A DNA stretch of 50,136 nt, counting the filler, from Catajapyx aquilonaris (lineage: Eukaryota): the NCBI GenBank assembly GCA_000934665.2. It is 2 parts of 2 records of this genome, joined end to end, with 100 filler letters (N's around TTAATTAATTAA, not from the genome) between each part and the next. Parts side by side here need not be neighbours in the genome. Positions count along the whole stretch, not along the records: positions 1 to 25,093 come from JYFJ02005437.1; 1 more part is not named here. The stretch is one strand, 5' to 3'. The position numbers and the translations under genes were made by a program. Below are positions 13,507-25,093 of the stretch, one piece after another (positions within the stretch are counted from its first letter, which is position 1; each line of letters begins with the position of its first letter). The notes under the pieces were generated by a model. That model was not told the DNA's origin. It searched no databases and worked only from the letters and a program-made list of their open reading frames with translations.

Positions 13507-15228
13507 TCACATGGACTCCCCCCCAAGCAAATCTCCTGGCAGAAACGAATTTAGTGAGGAAGGAGTGGCCCTGTGCTGGTCAGCCGCCACTGCAGCAGCT
13601 GCAGCTGCAGCATCCAGTGCCGCCGAGGGAGCACCCCAGAGTGATGTAGCCCAGAGCTGACTTCCCAACTGACCACCCAGCTGCCCTCCTAGCTGACCAC
13701 CAAGATGCCCTCCAACCAGTGGGCCTCCAACTAGGGGCCCACCAAGGGGCCAAGCATCCTTAGGAGATGGAGTTGCCTGCTGTTGCTGCTGCTGCTGCTG
13801 AGATGATACAGGAGGCTGAGAGTTCTGTTGAGGTTGAGGAGATGATGCAGACACTGATGGTCCTGCTCCAGAGGAACGCAATCCTGCCCCTGGACCCCCT
13901 CCAGAGCCCCCTCCAGCTGAGTGTGGAGGCATGGAGGCTGGTGGGGGAGGGGGTACACCCCAGCCAGATGCATTAGATCCACCCCCTTGTTGGCCTGAGT
14001 GACCCAGCTGCTGCAGCCAAGACTGGACTTCTGAGTCACCCGCTGACTCAGCCAATATGGTTGTGTTCCCCAAAACACAGTTATTCAGTGCTCCCTGGGC
14101 CTGCAAAGCAAAAGTTCATCAGTTAACTGCAGATGTCTTGCAACAGGTTGGATGCAAGTATGTCATAAATGGAACAATATTCACTAACATATATGATGTA
14201 CAAGTTAAATTACATTACAAAGTCATACCTTGGCAGCCTCTTCACGAGAGGAGTATTTGACCAGAGCTATCCCATGATTCAGGTACAAGTGGAAGTTCTG
14301 CAGGGGGCCATGCTGCAGGCACAATGTCTTGAGAGTGGATCCGTCAATCTGAAGAAAAAAAAAATCATGTTTAAGGAAGTCTCCAAATCTAGCTGCAGAA
14401 TGGAAACCACACCACACAGCTTGTTCATCCCCGCCCTATAAATGCAGTATATTTAACTTGAGCAACTAAAACATATAATACCTGTGGGGTGAGGTTCCTG
14501 AGGAGAAGCCAACTAGTGGAATGAGACCAAGGAGGCTGTACTGCCCCTCCTCCTCCACCTCCAGCCTGTGAGTTGGCTGCTGCAGCAGCAGCTGCAGCTA
14601 CAGCAGCTGCAGACACTGCTGCTGCATTAGGGGAGGCTGCTGCTGCTGAACCCCAAGAAGAGCGCGCTCCACCAGCTCCACCTCCTCCTCCCCATGAATT
14701 GGCTGCTGCAGCTGCAGCGGCAGCGGCAGCAGCAGCAGCTGCTGCTGCTTTGGATGAACTAGAACTGGACCCTAACCCTGGGGGTGGCCCTCGAGACTTG
14801 TTGGCCCCACCTGCAGCTGCAGCTGCAGCAGCCGCTGCTGCTGCTGCTGCTGCCATTGGTGCACCCCACAGCTCGCTCGTCAGAGGTGAAGGTGGGGGTG
14901 GAATGGGTTCACCCCATCCACCACCTGAGGCACTCTTCATCTGCCCACTCTTGGTAGTGGAAGACACCATTGGTGAAGTTCCACCAGCACTGGAATATAC
15001 CCCTGTGCTTGAAGTTGGAGGTGCTGGAGGATTGAAGCTCCATGTTGAGTTGGACAGTCCCAGAGGTGTCAGTGGGGTAGTGTCTACAGAGCTGGAGCTA
15101 ACAGTGGGTGAGGTCTTGCTGCCACCAAACAGCTCTGAATCTTTGATGGCTGCTACTGACAGGGGGGAAGGAGCCACCGAGCCAGGAGTCAACGTTGGAT
15201 CTTCTTCAACACTCTTCATTTGGGGGCC
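13507..15228 (-). CDS. TNRC6: GW182/TNRC6 (gawky) miRNA-silencing effector: C-terminal silencing domain and RRM (5' part not in window)
   Basis: Exons 15228-14482, 14348-14229, 14100-13507 (TGA), phase-0 GT-AG introns. Motifs: [14 protein letters not shown] (just after PAM2), [40 protein letters not shown]...[18 protein letters not shown], terminal [11 protein letters not shown]. Confidence 0.95.
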
Positions 15229-15624
15229 CTGTGTCATGGAAGGAAAATAAATCAAGTAAGGCTTTGGTGTAATGTGAAAATGTGAGGTTCAAGAGCAAAA
15301 TAAGATTCTTTTATGGCATTTCCCAACCTACATGTTCACAAATCTGATGAAAGATAGGTTGCTTTTCCATGATTAAACTGACGCCTACTCCCCAAAGACG
15401 GCCTTTCTAATTGCAACAAGACAAATTCATAAACTTATTGTACACTTGCCCCATCATACATTCATTGTTGGTAGACCAATAATGTCTGCATATGCTAAGT
15501 ACAAAGCAGCATCATTGATGACCACCGAGCATGTGACTTTAAAAAAAAAAGTAACCAAACATAATTATAGTACGTATATCCTTTTGCTTCCTCGCTTACC
15601 ATACCTTCAGTGTCATTTGCTTAA

Positions 15625-16121
15625 AGGGACACTCCACTCAAAATGCAAGTTGGGCTCTAAAAATCGGGCAAAAAATCCTGATTCCGAAGGTGCAATCGGT
15701 TTTTTTCTACGCGGAACAGAAAAGCCAGGACGAGGCGTTAAAGACTCAGAATTTGCGTCGTCTGCTAATGAGCTGCCCCGCCAGCCCAGTCCGCCACCGC
15801 CGTGAGCGCCGCCACTGGGCGCTAGGCGAAAGTGTTTAAATACTGAAAGTCGGGTCGGGTCAAGAGGTGGCGGGATAAACCTGTGGGACGGACCAAAGAT
15901 GGCGCGGACCATGGCGTGGATCAAGATGGCGCAGGAATATGCCAATTTCTGCCCTGTCCCGGGAGAGGCGCTGCTGTTTTGCGGCAGATTCGAATTGCCT
16001 AACTTTGACGGCACGCCCTGACCTTACCGTTCGTCTCTCAGAAAAACTGCTTATACACTCGGAATCAGGATTTCTTGCCCGATTTTTAGAGTCCAACTTG
16101 CATTTTGAGTGGAGTGTCCCT
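15625..16121. mobile_element. Kolobok/T2-type MITE, copy 1
   Basis: TTAA TSD both sides (15621-15624, 16122-16125); ~65-bp TIR beginning AGGGACACTCCACTCAAAATGCAAG. Confidence 0.85.
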
Positions 16122-17402
16122 TTAAGGAATATATTGCTAAAAGAGAATTTGTTTGATATGGAATTTTTTGTAAAGTGCCCATTGCTAATTACACATTAAA
16201 AACAAGCCGGTTAATTCATTAACAGGCTTGTGGTGGATGCATCTTCGGTGGACACAGTTGGGAGGTATAGCCCTGGTGCTAAGGGGTTGAACTTTGCATT
16301 TTTTGACAAAAGCATGAAACTCGGTACACTTGTTCTTTGGACACTTCTGATCATATCTATACGTGGGGCCATGATGACCCACCCCAATGGAGGTTCATTT
16401 CACAGGGTTGCCATAACTACCAGGTGCAGCATCCTTTTAGGACTTGTATTCGGTGACAAAAACCTGAAACTCGCCACAATTGGTCTTTGGACACTTCTGA
16501 TCATGTCTGGATGTGGGGCCCTGATGACTGACCCTGCCGTGGGTCACTCGCAGGGTTACCAGATCTAACGGACCCAACGTACCTCTCTGTGAAGATCATG
16601 TGAATTGGGAGCTTGCATTCGGTGATAAAAATGCGCAACTTGCTACGCTAGTTCTTTGAACACATCTCAACATATCTGGACGTGGGGCTACAGCGGGTGG
16701 CCCCTGGTGGCCCCGCCAGGGTTCACTATCGCGGGGTTGCTAAATCGAACATGTGCTGCATACCATTACATTAATAAAGGGCCTTGCATTCGGTGACAAA
16801 AACATGAAACTCGCCCTAATTGGTCTTTGGACACTTCTGAACATGTCTGGAAGTGAGGCACTATGGATGACCCTGATGGGGTCACTCACAGGGTTGCCAG
16901 ATCTAATTGGTTGTCTACATAAACGATGTGAATAAGGAGCTCGCATTTGGTGATAAAGACATGAAACTAGGTACAATATAGTTCTTTGCACACTTCCGAA
17001 CATATCTGGATGTGGGGCCACGATGACCCACCCCAATGAAGGGCACTATCGCTATGTTGCACGATGTAGCACATTCTGTTAGATATGGCAACCCCGCGAG
17101 AGTGGCCTCCATCGGGTCATGCCCTCACGTCCAGATATGTTAGTAAGTGTTCAAAGAACAATTGTACCAAGTTTCACGTCACCAAATACAAGTTCCATTT
17201 TCAAACATAAACGTATGTTGTAATGTATGTTAGATATGGCAACACCATGATAGTCCCCTCCATCGAGGTGGATCATCGTGGCCCCACGTCCAGATATGTT
17301 AGGAAGTGCGCAAAGAACTATATTGTACCGAGTTTCATGGGTTTATCACCAAATGCAAACTCCCTATTTACATAGTGCATAGACAGCCCATTAGATCAGG
17401 CA

Positions 17403-18648
17403 CAGGCCTGTAGCCAGACGGTTTGGTCTTGGGGGGGCCAAAAGAAATTCAGGAGCCTTATTTTCGTGCAACCGAGCGGCTCGGCTAACCGAACGATGAC
17501 GCTAACCGAGTGGAGGGGGCGTGGCAACGAGATCGGTGGAAAGGTTCTCGTTCGTATCGTATGCTTCGGCAACATCGCCTAGACCGAGTCCTTTTGAGCC
17601 GAGGGGCCCCGATTTGGGATAATACGAACGAGGAATCGGCTAAGGACCAATCACCGGGGGGATGATGCGCGCGCCACTAGTGGAGAGTTGGGAGTATGTT
17701 ACACTCCTCTCAAATTTCAAACAAGGCCGCCATCTCTAAAGGCCACCCCGCAGCCCTTTCGCTATTTAATTCTCCCGTTAATTAACCCGCGATTATTTAA
17801 GACGAATACGCACATCCCCGGAATCGTCGGAACCTCCCCTCAACCACGAGGGCACTGTCACGCCCGGGAGACCACGGGTTTGGCAGAAAGTACTATGAAA
17901 AGGTCACCCCGCAGCCCTTTCGCTATTTAATTCTCCCGTTAATTAATCCGCGATTATTTAAGACGAATACGCACATCCCCGGAATAGTCGGAACCTCCCC
18001 TCGACGACGAGGGCACTGTCACACCCGGGAGACCCCGGGTTTGGCCGTGATGCATTTTTAGAGGTAACCCTGCACGTGTGTCCCGTACGGCCCAAATTGG
18101 AAAAAATCAGTTCGGCAGCCTTTCAACCGAGTTCGGCGGGTTGGGAGCAACCGAGTAGAAAGTGCCGATTCGGTTAACCGAGGGGGAAGGAAAATACCAC
18201 GAAAATATAACGAAAGGAGCAACCGAGTAAGCGGGTAGGGGGCGCGGCCTAATCCCCCGGCTCTCCAATCCCGGGATGGCGGTTCATGTCATATTGACGT
18301 CACGTTCGGTTCGCCGAGCCGCTCGGTTGCACGAAGATAAGGCTCCTGGGGTGGCCCCATCCCCTCGCTCCACCATTGTTGATTCCAGCAAGTGAGAATT
18401 GAAAAGTAAAAATTGCCAAGGTGGAACTTTTTCACAGTTTATTCACAAATTGATTAACACTTACACACTGTCATTTCTACGAGTATAATAGGAAAATTCA
18501 GCAGACATTTGCGCATGTAAGAGAAAGAGATTTTTTTGTTCTGTCTTATTTCAAGACGGAATTGCAGTCTTGTGCTGGGATGAGTTTGTGAGGGGGGCAC
18601 CTCAGTTTCCGTTTGGGGGGCGGTGCTCCCCCCTTGCCTACAGGCCTG
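17403..18648. mobile_element. hAT-type MITE nested in the Academ-like element
   Basis: TIR CAGGCCTGTAG...CTACAGGCCTG; 8-bp TSD ATCAGGCA/ATCTGGCA (1 mismatch). Confidence 0.8.
17450..18348. mobile_element. GC-rich TIR element nested in the hAT MITE (superfamily unresolved, possibly PIF/Harbinger-like)
   Basis: ~45-bp TIR CAGGAGCCTTAT(T/C)TTCGTGCAACCGAGCGGCTCGGC..AACCGAACG; internal 161-bp-period duplication. Confidence 0.75.
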
Positions 18649-19187
18649 ATCTGGCAATCCTGTGGGTGACCCACGTTGGAGTCATCCATAGTGCCTCACA
18701 TCCAAACAAGTTCAGAAGTGTCCAAAGACCAATTGTGGCGAGTTTCAGGTTTTTGTCACCGAATACAATGTCCTAAAAGGATGCTGCACTGGTAGTTATG
18801 GCAACCCTGTGAAATGGACCGCCACCGGGTTGGGTCATCGTGGCCCCACGTCCAGATGTGATCAGAGTGTCTAAAGAACAAGTGTACCGAGTTTCATGCT
18901 TTTGTCAAAAAATGCAAAGTTTGGGCCAAATTTGTCCCTAACACCTGGACTAGTACCCGTAGTGACCTGAGGCAAAGATGATGAGAAATGGCATTGGACT
19001 GAATGGCACTGTTTATATTCAATTATTAAAAAATTACTGATAAATGAAATCAATAAATTTAAAATATGTACTATTAACATGGTTGGAATAGTTCGTGGAA
19101 CAATATTTTTAGTCCTGATGCCAGAGTCAAGTAGTACTTTAAATTCAGTCACGGATGTCTGTAAGCATGAGAAGGTCACAGGACATA

Positions 19188-19610
19188 CATGGTGTCGGTA
19201 AATGGCACACAAGCTTCACGTAGCGAGATTCCATGTGAAAAACCAGTATATGGTAGTGAAGATCGTCTTGCTATATGCGTGGTTAGAGATCACGAGGCCT
19301 CCAAAGTTTGGACCCAATCCGCCCGCGAAATTCAAACACTACCGTATCGCTACCGTACGCAGTGCGTTGCCATGTTGACATGCTTCACATTTTCACCAAA
19401 CAATGGAACTGTATAAACACACGTACGGTAGCGATACGGTAGTTTTTGAATTTCGCGGGCAGATGTGAAGTCATTATTTGGTCCAAACTTTGGAGGCCCC
19501 GTGAGCTCTAACCAGGCATCGTAGAGCAATAGAACCTTCACTTCCATATACTGGTTTTTCACAAGGAATCTTGCTACCTGACGCTTGTGCGCCATTTACC
19601 GACCACCCTG
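19188..19610. mobile_element. Tc1/mariner-type palindromic MITE
   Basis: TA flanks; termini CA(T/G)GGTG.TCGGTAAATGGC; arms are inverted copies over most of the length. Confidence 0.75.
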
Positions 19611-19754
19611 TATATGGCCTCTATGCTATGGTAACCCGGTTGCCTGGTAACGCGTTGCCTTGGTTACAGGGTGCTATGCCCACAGGCTGTGGCCATAGCC
19701 AGGATTCCAGTTCAGGGGGAGAGGGGGGCATAAACCGAAAAGGGCAGGGAGGAG

Positions 19755-19990
19755 GCCTAATCAGGAGGGAGGTCCTGGGTTCGATTCCCTGGGCGGGCGA
19801 CCCTGACTGTAGTTTTCTGTGGTTTTCCAGAGTCCCCCCCTGGAGAATTCCGGGATTGCTTCCTAAATAATAGGCCACAGCCGCTTCCTTCCGTCTCTAT
19901 CCTTGGCCCCACCCAATGGTGGTATTCCACCCCCCTAATGGAGCATCAATTCTTCCAATGGGGTAAAATAAATCAAGAAAAAAGAAAATA
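19755..19990 (+). mobile_element. tRNA-derived SINE, family A copy 1
   Basis: B box GGTTCGATTCC at 19778-19788; body ttttctgtggttttcc...ataggccacagccgcttccttcc shared with copies at ~24430 and ~27500; A-rich tail. Confidence 0.75.
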
Positions 19991-20704
19991 AAAATCTTGT
20001 TGGTGAAGGAGGTCCCCCCAAAAGGGACAGTTTGGCCCCCATAAAGGGGTAAATAAAATCAAAATAAAATAATTATGTATTTGAAAGCCATTCCTCATCT
20101 GTCTGTCTCCAGTTCTTCTCCCAACTTTCTGACATGTGTACTAGTGTGCAGAACTATGAAAAGCCATAAAAGTTGAAGCAGGAGGGGGGAAGAACATTTT
20201 CCCCATGTTGATGTAGCTGTGTATGGCAGGATCGATTCCATGAATTGGATTTTTACGGAGTGGTATGATGCAAATTATTGTCTGATTAATACTTGTTTTG
20301 GGGCCCCAAATTTTCCTGTTTACAAATGCACCAACTGAATCCTGGAGGCATCTGTTTCTGTTTCAGCATCAAGTTGTTACCGGTACATTACAGATTGATA
20401 TTAAACCACGAAATTTTGAAAATTGTGTATCTTTGGGAAGAAATATTTATAATAATGGTCCAGTACTTCGCTCAGAGACCAGGTGAGGTAGAAGCAGGGT
20501 CAGCAGGCCTCCAGGGACAGGGTGGTGGGTATTGGGAGGGGGAGAGAGGGGATCTACCAAGCAGTTAGTAATTTACTACTCTGCTTGCTATCACATTTTC
20601 ACTAAATGATAAAAGTATTCTCCCCATATCCACAATGTACATAGGTTCCAATAGGTACATAGGTAATAGGTTCCAAGACCCCTGCAGCTCTACCCACCCT
20701 TATA

Positions 20705-21264
20705 CAGGGTGTAAATGAATTCAACAGACAAACTTCTAGGGGTGATAGAGGGGACCAAGACAAACATTTTTGACATAGGAAACCGTGTCCAGAAACGCCA
20801 TCTAGAGGGGGTTCATAGACGAGGAACAGGTGCGCTCAGACGCGTCACGCGAGAGGCGTAAGTCGAGCGGACTGTTTTGTTGATAGATGGCGAGCAGTTG
20901 TTGCCAGGTTATGGCATATCGCGTCGTTGTAAGTAAACAACAACGCGATACGCCATAACCTGGCAACAACAGAACCACTGTTGACTATCCGCGCATATCC
21001 TAGGAGGCGGACTTTAGTTGCTAGATGACTGCTGTTGCCAGGTTATGGCACATCTCATCGTTGGTTACTATCCGAGCGCCATCTATCAACAGAACAGTCC
21101 GCTCGCCTAGCGCCTCACGCATGACGCATCTGAGCGCACCCGTTCCTTGTCTATGAAACCCCTCTAGATGGCGTTTCCGGACACAGTTTCCTATGTCAAA
21201 AATGTTTGTCTTGGTCCCCTCAATCACCCCTAGAAGTTTGTCAGTTGAATTCATTTACACCCTG
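20705..21264. mobile_element. Tc1/mariner-type palindromic MITE
   Basis: TA TSD; TIR CAGGGTGTAAATGAATTCAAC; near-identical inverted arms of ~200 bp. Confidence 0.85.
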
Positions 21265-22240
21265 TATAATATTACGTTTTAAACACAAATGCATACCTAT
21301 GGCATAGTTTAATTTTAATATTATTCACATTAAGATATGAACAAGAACAATCCACAATGAAACAGTAATTAGAATACAATACTTCCCTGCGACATTAAAA
21401 TGTTTGTGAATTTTTACAAATATTTTTATCCAATATTTTCAAAACCACGGATCTGGGGGGTATACTTGTAATGAGTTTCAGTACCAAGAAGATTTTCATT
21501 CATTGCCATTCTAAAGGACTGACTATTTCTGGCACAAACATGCTCTCAGCTTGTAAACTCATCACTTCAAAAATGCCTTCCCATGCATCAATTTCAAGTT
21601 GTTGCCTTCCAAGGTCACCCCTGTGGCTGCAAAGGGAGGAAGAACTGGGTAGATGCAATGGAGTGCCTCTAGTCTTACACAAAAATGGTGCTAAAATAAC
21701 TAGACAAGTGAAAACATATCCAACTCTTATCCATTAGCAAAGCTAAGAACAAAAATAACTCACCAAAAGTAGCATATGCCAAGCACAGGTGCACACCAAA
21801 AGCACAGGGACTGCAGTAAAAATATTAAGAGCTTCCTTGCATGCAAGCATAACCCATGCCCGTAACCAACATCCCATGAAATACTGAAAAAAATTAATTG
21901 GAGAGAGATACCTGAAGGTGGATGTACAAGGTCTAGCCAAACAACACCAGCTTTGCAAGTGCACTTCTTCATTACAATGTTGTTATAATACACTGCCTGA
22001 TAATTTGTTTGTGTGCATGAGAAAGGGAATGTGGCATGCCACACTTGCTTCCCCTCCAGTCAGAAAGGCATGTGGGAACAAAATTGCCTAGGCCATTAAA
22101 AGGACATCCTGGCTTTCTCCATCAAAGCCAGCAAAAGTATCTGCTGTATCTGATGAATCTAATGGGAACCTAATTTTGCTTCTTCATTTCATGAAAATGT
22201 GTTTATAGCATCAGTTAATGCTGTACATACACTGTATGTA

Positions 22241-22509
22241 TTAAGCCTCTTCCACAAATGGATGTCGCATTGTTTGTAACACGTGATTGGAATGCGAAGC
22301 TTTTTTCACACCACTCGTAGCATTATTTTTTTTGTCACCTCGCTGCAAATCACGGTGACCAAGGCAAGGTCTGGCTGCCTCGAAGTTTGTTGCTTTGTGA
22401 TTTGCAGCACGACAACAAAAATATTGACATCACAAGTAGCATGAAATGAACTGCGTGTTCCCATCACAAGTTACAAACAGTGCAACATCAATTTGTGAAA
22501 TCTGCTTTA
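22241..22509. mobile_element. Degenerate palindromic MITE
   Basis: Inverted arms cacaaatggatgtcgcattgtttgtaac / gttacaaacagtgcaacatcaatttgtg. Confidence 0.55.
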
Positions 22510-22589
22510 CTCCTAGGTTGGAGAAAATCTTGCCTAAAAGCTAAGCTTCACAATAATCTCTCCACATCATATCATGCAGCGTGTTTCAG

Positions 22590-22916
22590 GGTGGCGCGGC
22601 ATGGTGGTCTAGCGGTTACACCGCTGGCCAGCCAAGCGGGAGGCCGGGGTTCAAATCCTGTCCCCGTCACCTCTGCCTGGCCGGGTCTTTTTCCGCTCTT
22701 CTCCCGACATGCCGGAGCAGAATTACACTCCCTTCTCTGCTCGGGACCAGGTGAAAAGGCCTGGTGTTAAAGAAGGTCATAAATGGCTATCGCACGGCGC
22801 CCTCCCTTGGGAACTTCCCCTTCCCCCCTAAAGAGGGCCACGAGCTCTATCACGGGGTAACAAACAAAAAATTTTAAAAATATATAAAAATAAATAGTTT
22901 ATTTTAAAAAAAACCC
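22590..22916 (+). mobile_element. SINE with tRNA-Gly(GCC)-like head
   Basis: Head gcatggtggtctagcggtta...gccagccaagcgggaggccggggttcaaatcc with A and B boxes, resembling eukaryotic tRNA-Gly(GCC); A-rich tail; 13-bp TSD CAG(C/T)GTGTTTCAG at 22577-22589 and 22917-22929. Confidence 0.75.
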
Positions 22917-23708
22917 CAGTGTGTTTCAGAGTCACGGGTCAAGCACTCGCAAAGGTGTTGGGAAAAATCGTAGGCGGTGACAACCCCGGCTGGTTTTATA
23001 AAACATTTAGAAATACGGCAGCAATCAATTTATTTATTACAGCCGTACGGCATGACATCACATCCTTTCTGTTCGAATTGACTGGTGTGGACTGGCTAGT
23101 GCAGCATGGGTTGAACCTTGTTGAACGGCTTTTTAGCCTTACGGGTTGCACTGAAAAAGGCGCTCTCCTGCTCTACCGGCAGGGTACTGTACACACTACT
23201 GTATGGTAGTACACTACTTTGTACAGTACCCACCGGTACAGCATGAGAGCGCCTTTTTCAGTGCAACCCGCAATGCTAAAAAGCCGTTCAACCAGGTTCA
23301 ACCCACCAGTGCACCTGCCAGTCCACGCCAGTCAATTCGAACAGAAAGGTTATGAGAGAGGAGATGTGTCCTCGTTGACGTCCAGCAAGTGACTGTGGCG
23401 TTCTTCCACCCATTGCGCATGCTCGGAACGGGGCCAATTGGAGGCGTCATGGTAACAATGTGTTTATGTAATAATGGACGGGGACCAATTGGGAGGTGGC
23501 AGCAATAATATGCGGCGGACCAATCAGAGGGCTCGGTCGTGCAACGCAGGCATTTTAATATTATAGATGACGTCACGCCACACGGCCGTAATAAATAAAT
23601 TTCTTACTGCTGTATTTCTAATTGTTTTATAAAACCGACCGGGGTTGTCGCCACCTACGATTTTGCCCACCCCTTCGCACGTGCTTGACCCGTGACTCTG
23701 AAACCCTG
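22917..23708. mobile_element. Tc1/mariner-type palindromic MITE
   Basis: TIR cag.gtgtttcagagtcacgggtcaagcac / gtgcttgacccgtgactctgaaaccctg-TA; extra internal inverted repeat ~23070-23345. Confidence 0.75.
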
Positions 23709-24427
23709 TATATTGTGGGCATACAGGAGAAATCCATCAAGTCCAAAAACCACTTTTGAGATAATCCAAAGCAAAGATTTGACATAGCACATGCTTACAT
23801 GCTTATGAATGCAGAAAATCTTTGAGCACAGAAGTGTCGATTGCCTTTGCTGCCCACATGGATGCCTTCTCTCCTTGACTCTCCATCAAATGCATTTGCT
23901 ATAAGATTATTATTTACGGTACTTTTTTCTCAATACTGGGGAGTAACTTGAACATCTGTTATATGGAGCTCTGACAGTAGCCAAATGATTTGTTGCCAGT
24001 GGTACATTGTCTACACTTCCACGCTTAAATTAGGACTTCTCAGTTTTATTATCTAAAAACACCCAGCCGTACCTGGGCAATTGTGCAGTAAAAGTCACAA
24101 TGAACAGTGGTATAAATTCCACAGCTTAAACTTGGGCAAATGATGCCAATACAATATGTAGTGCATTTAAAAAACTGTGCATGAGTGTGTATATAGACTG
24201 CAACAAATTGTTTCAAGCATTACCCCATATGATTATGGTTCCATATCAACACTGGCAACGCACCGAGATAAAAAATTCATGGCTATCCGCAGTTGCAAAC
24301 CATTTTTCCATTCACCCTATTATAAGGTATTTTATAACCTATCTTAGAACTATTTGTAACTAATTAATCCTCATAGACCTCTGCTCAACCATTTATTAAA
24401 ATGGACAATCCGCTGAAGCAGGTACTT

Positions 24428-24640
24428 GTAGGGGATAAGGAGCCCGCCTGCTAATCAGGAGGTCCTGGGTTCAAATCCCTGGGCCGGCGACCCTGNCCCC
24501 CGGCCCGCCCCAGGATAATTCTGGGGTCGTCTCCGTAAAAATAGGCCACAGCCGCTTCCTTCCTTCCCTATCCCCGGCCCCATCCAATGGTGGTAATCCA
24601 TCCCCCTAAGGGAGCCAAAGGCTCTAGCACAGGGTATGAT
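24428..24640 (+). mobile_element. tRNA-derived SINE, family A copy 2
   Basis: ctaatcaggaggtcctgggttcaaatccctgggccggcgaccctg and ataggccacagccgcttccttcc match copy 1. Confidence 0.7.
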
Positions 24641-25093
24641 TTTTTTAAAAAAATGACAATTCAGGTGGGGCACTGTTTGTGGCAATGGGAATGTCCCATT
24701 TGCATACCGGTATTATTTTCCGATTTCATCTAATACAATATCTTTTACCACAAGTTATACCTCCCATTTCATGCATTAAATGTACAGCGAGGTGTACTGC
24801 TGGGAGTCCCAGTTAACTGGAAACAGTTATGGCTTGCTTAGCTTAGGGGCCAATTTAGACAGAAGCAGCCCAGCTTTCTCTCCTTTTTGACTTAAGAGGG
24901 CCGGGTACCTGGCGACCGCGCCACTTTTCAGGCAAAGCGAGGAGAAAAACGGGTGCGGATTCATCGTCTTCGTTCGACATATCCTCGCTCCTACGGGAGG
25001 TACGGACATGCGGTTTTTTGCGTTGCACGGAGGGATGACCGGCGCTGCCTCCGGTCTTGGTCCGGTCCGGATCGGCCCACAAACACCGCATCT

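Larger units (their letters stand above)
16268..18952. mobile_element. Large fold-back non-autonomous DNA transposon with TAG...CTA termini (Academ-like), carrying nested insertions
   Basis: 3-bp TSD GTA (16265-16267, 18953-18955); about five direct 150-170-bp units in the left arm and about four inverted units in the right arm (motif ttgcatt..gacaaaa.catgaaactcg...gttctttggacacttctga). Confidence 0.7.

Noticed and set aside
14573..15250. 225-aa poly-Ala ORF on + strand
   Set aside because: Antisense shadow of the GCN-rich GW182 exon, with a non-ATG start
15613..16199. ORFs repeated at 37468-38067 suggesting a duplicated gene
   Set aside because: They are translations of two copies of the same non-coding MITE
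16290..17060. Regularly spaced repeats resembling a CRISPR or satellite array
   Set aside because: Units are homologous along their whole length (no unique spacers) and mirrored in the other arm of a TIR element in a eukaryotic intron
22599..22671. tRNA-Gly gene
   Set aside because: Stems are degenerate and it continues into a SINE body with tail and TSD
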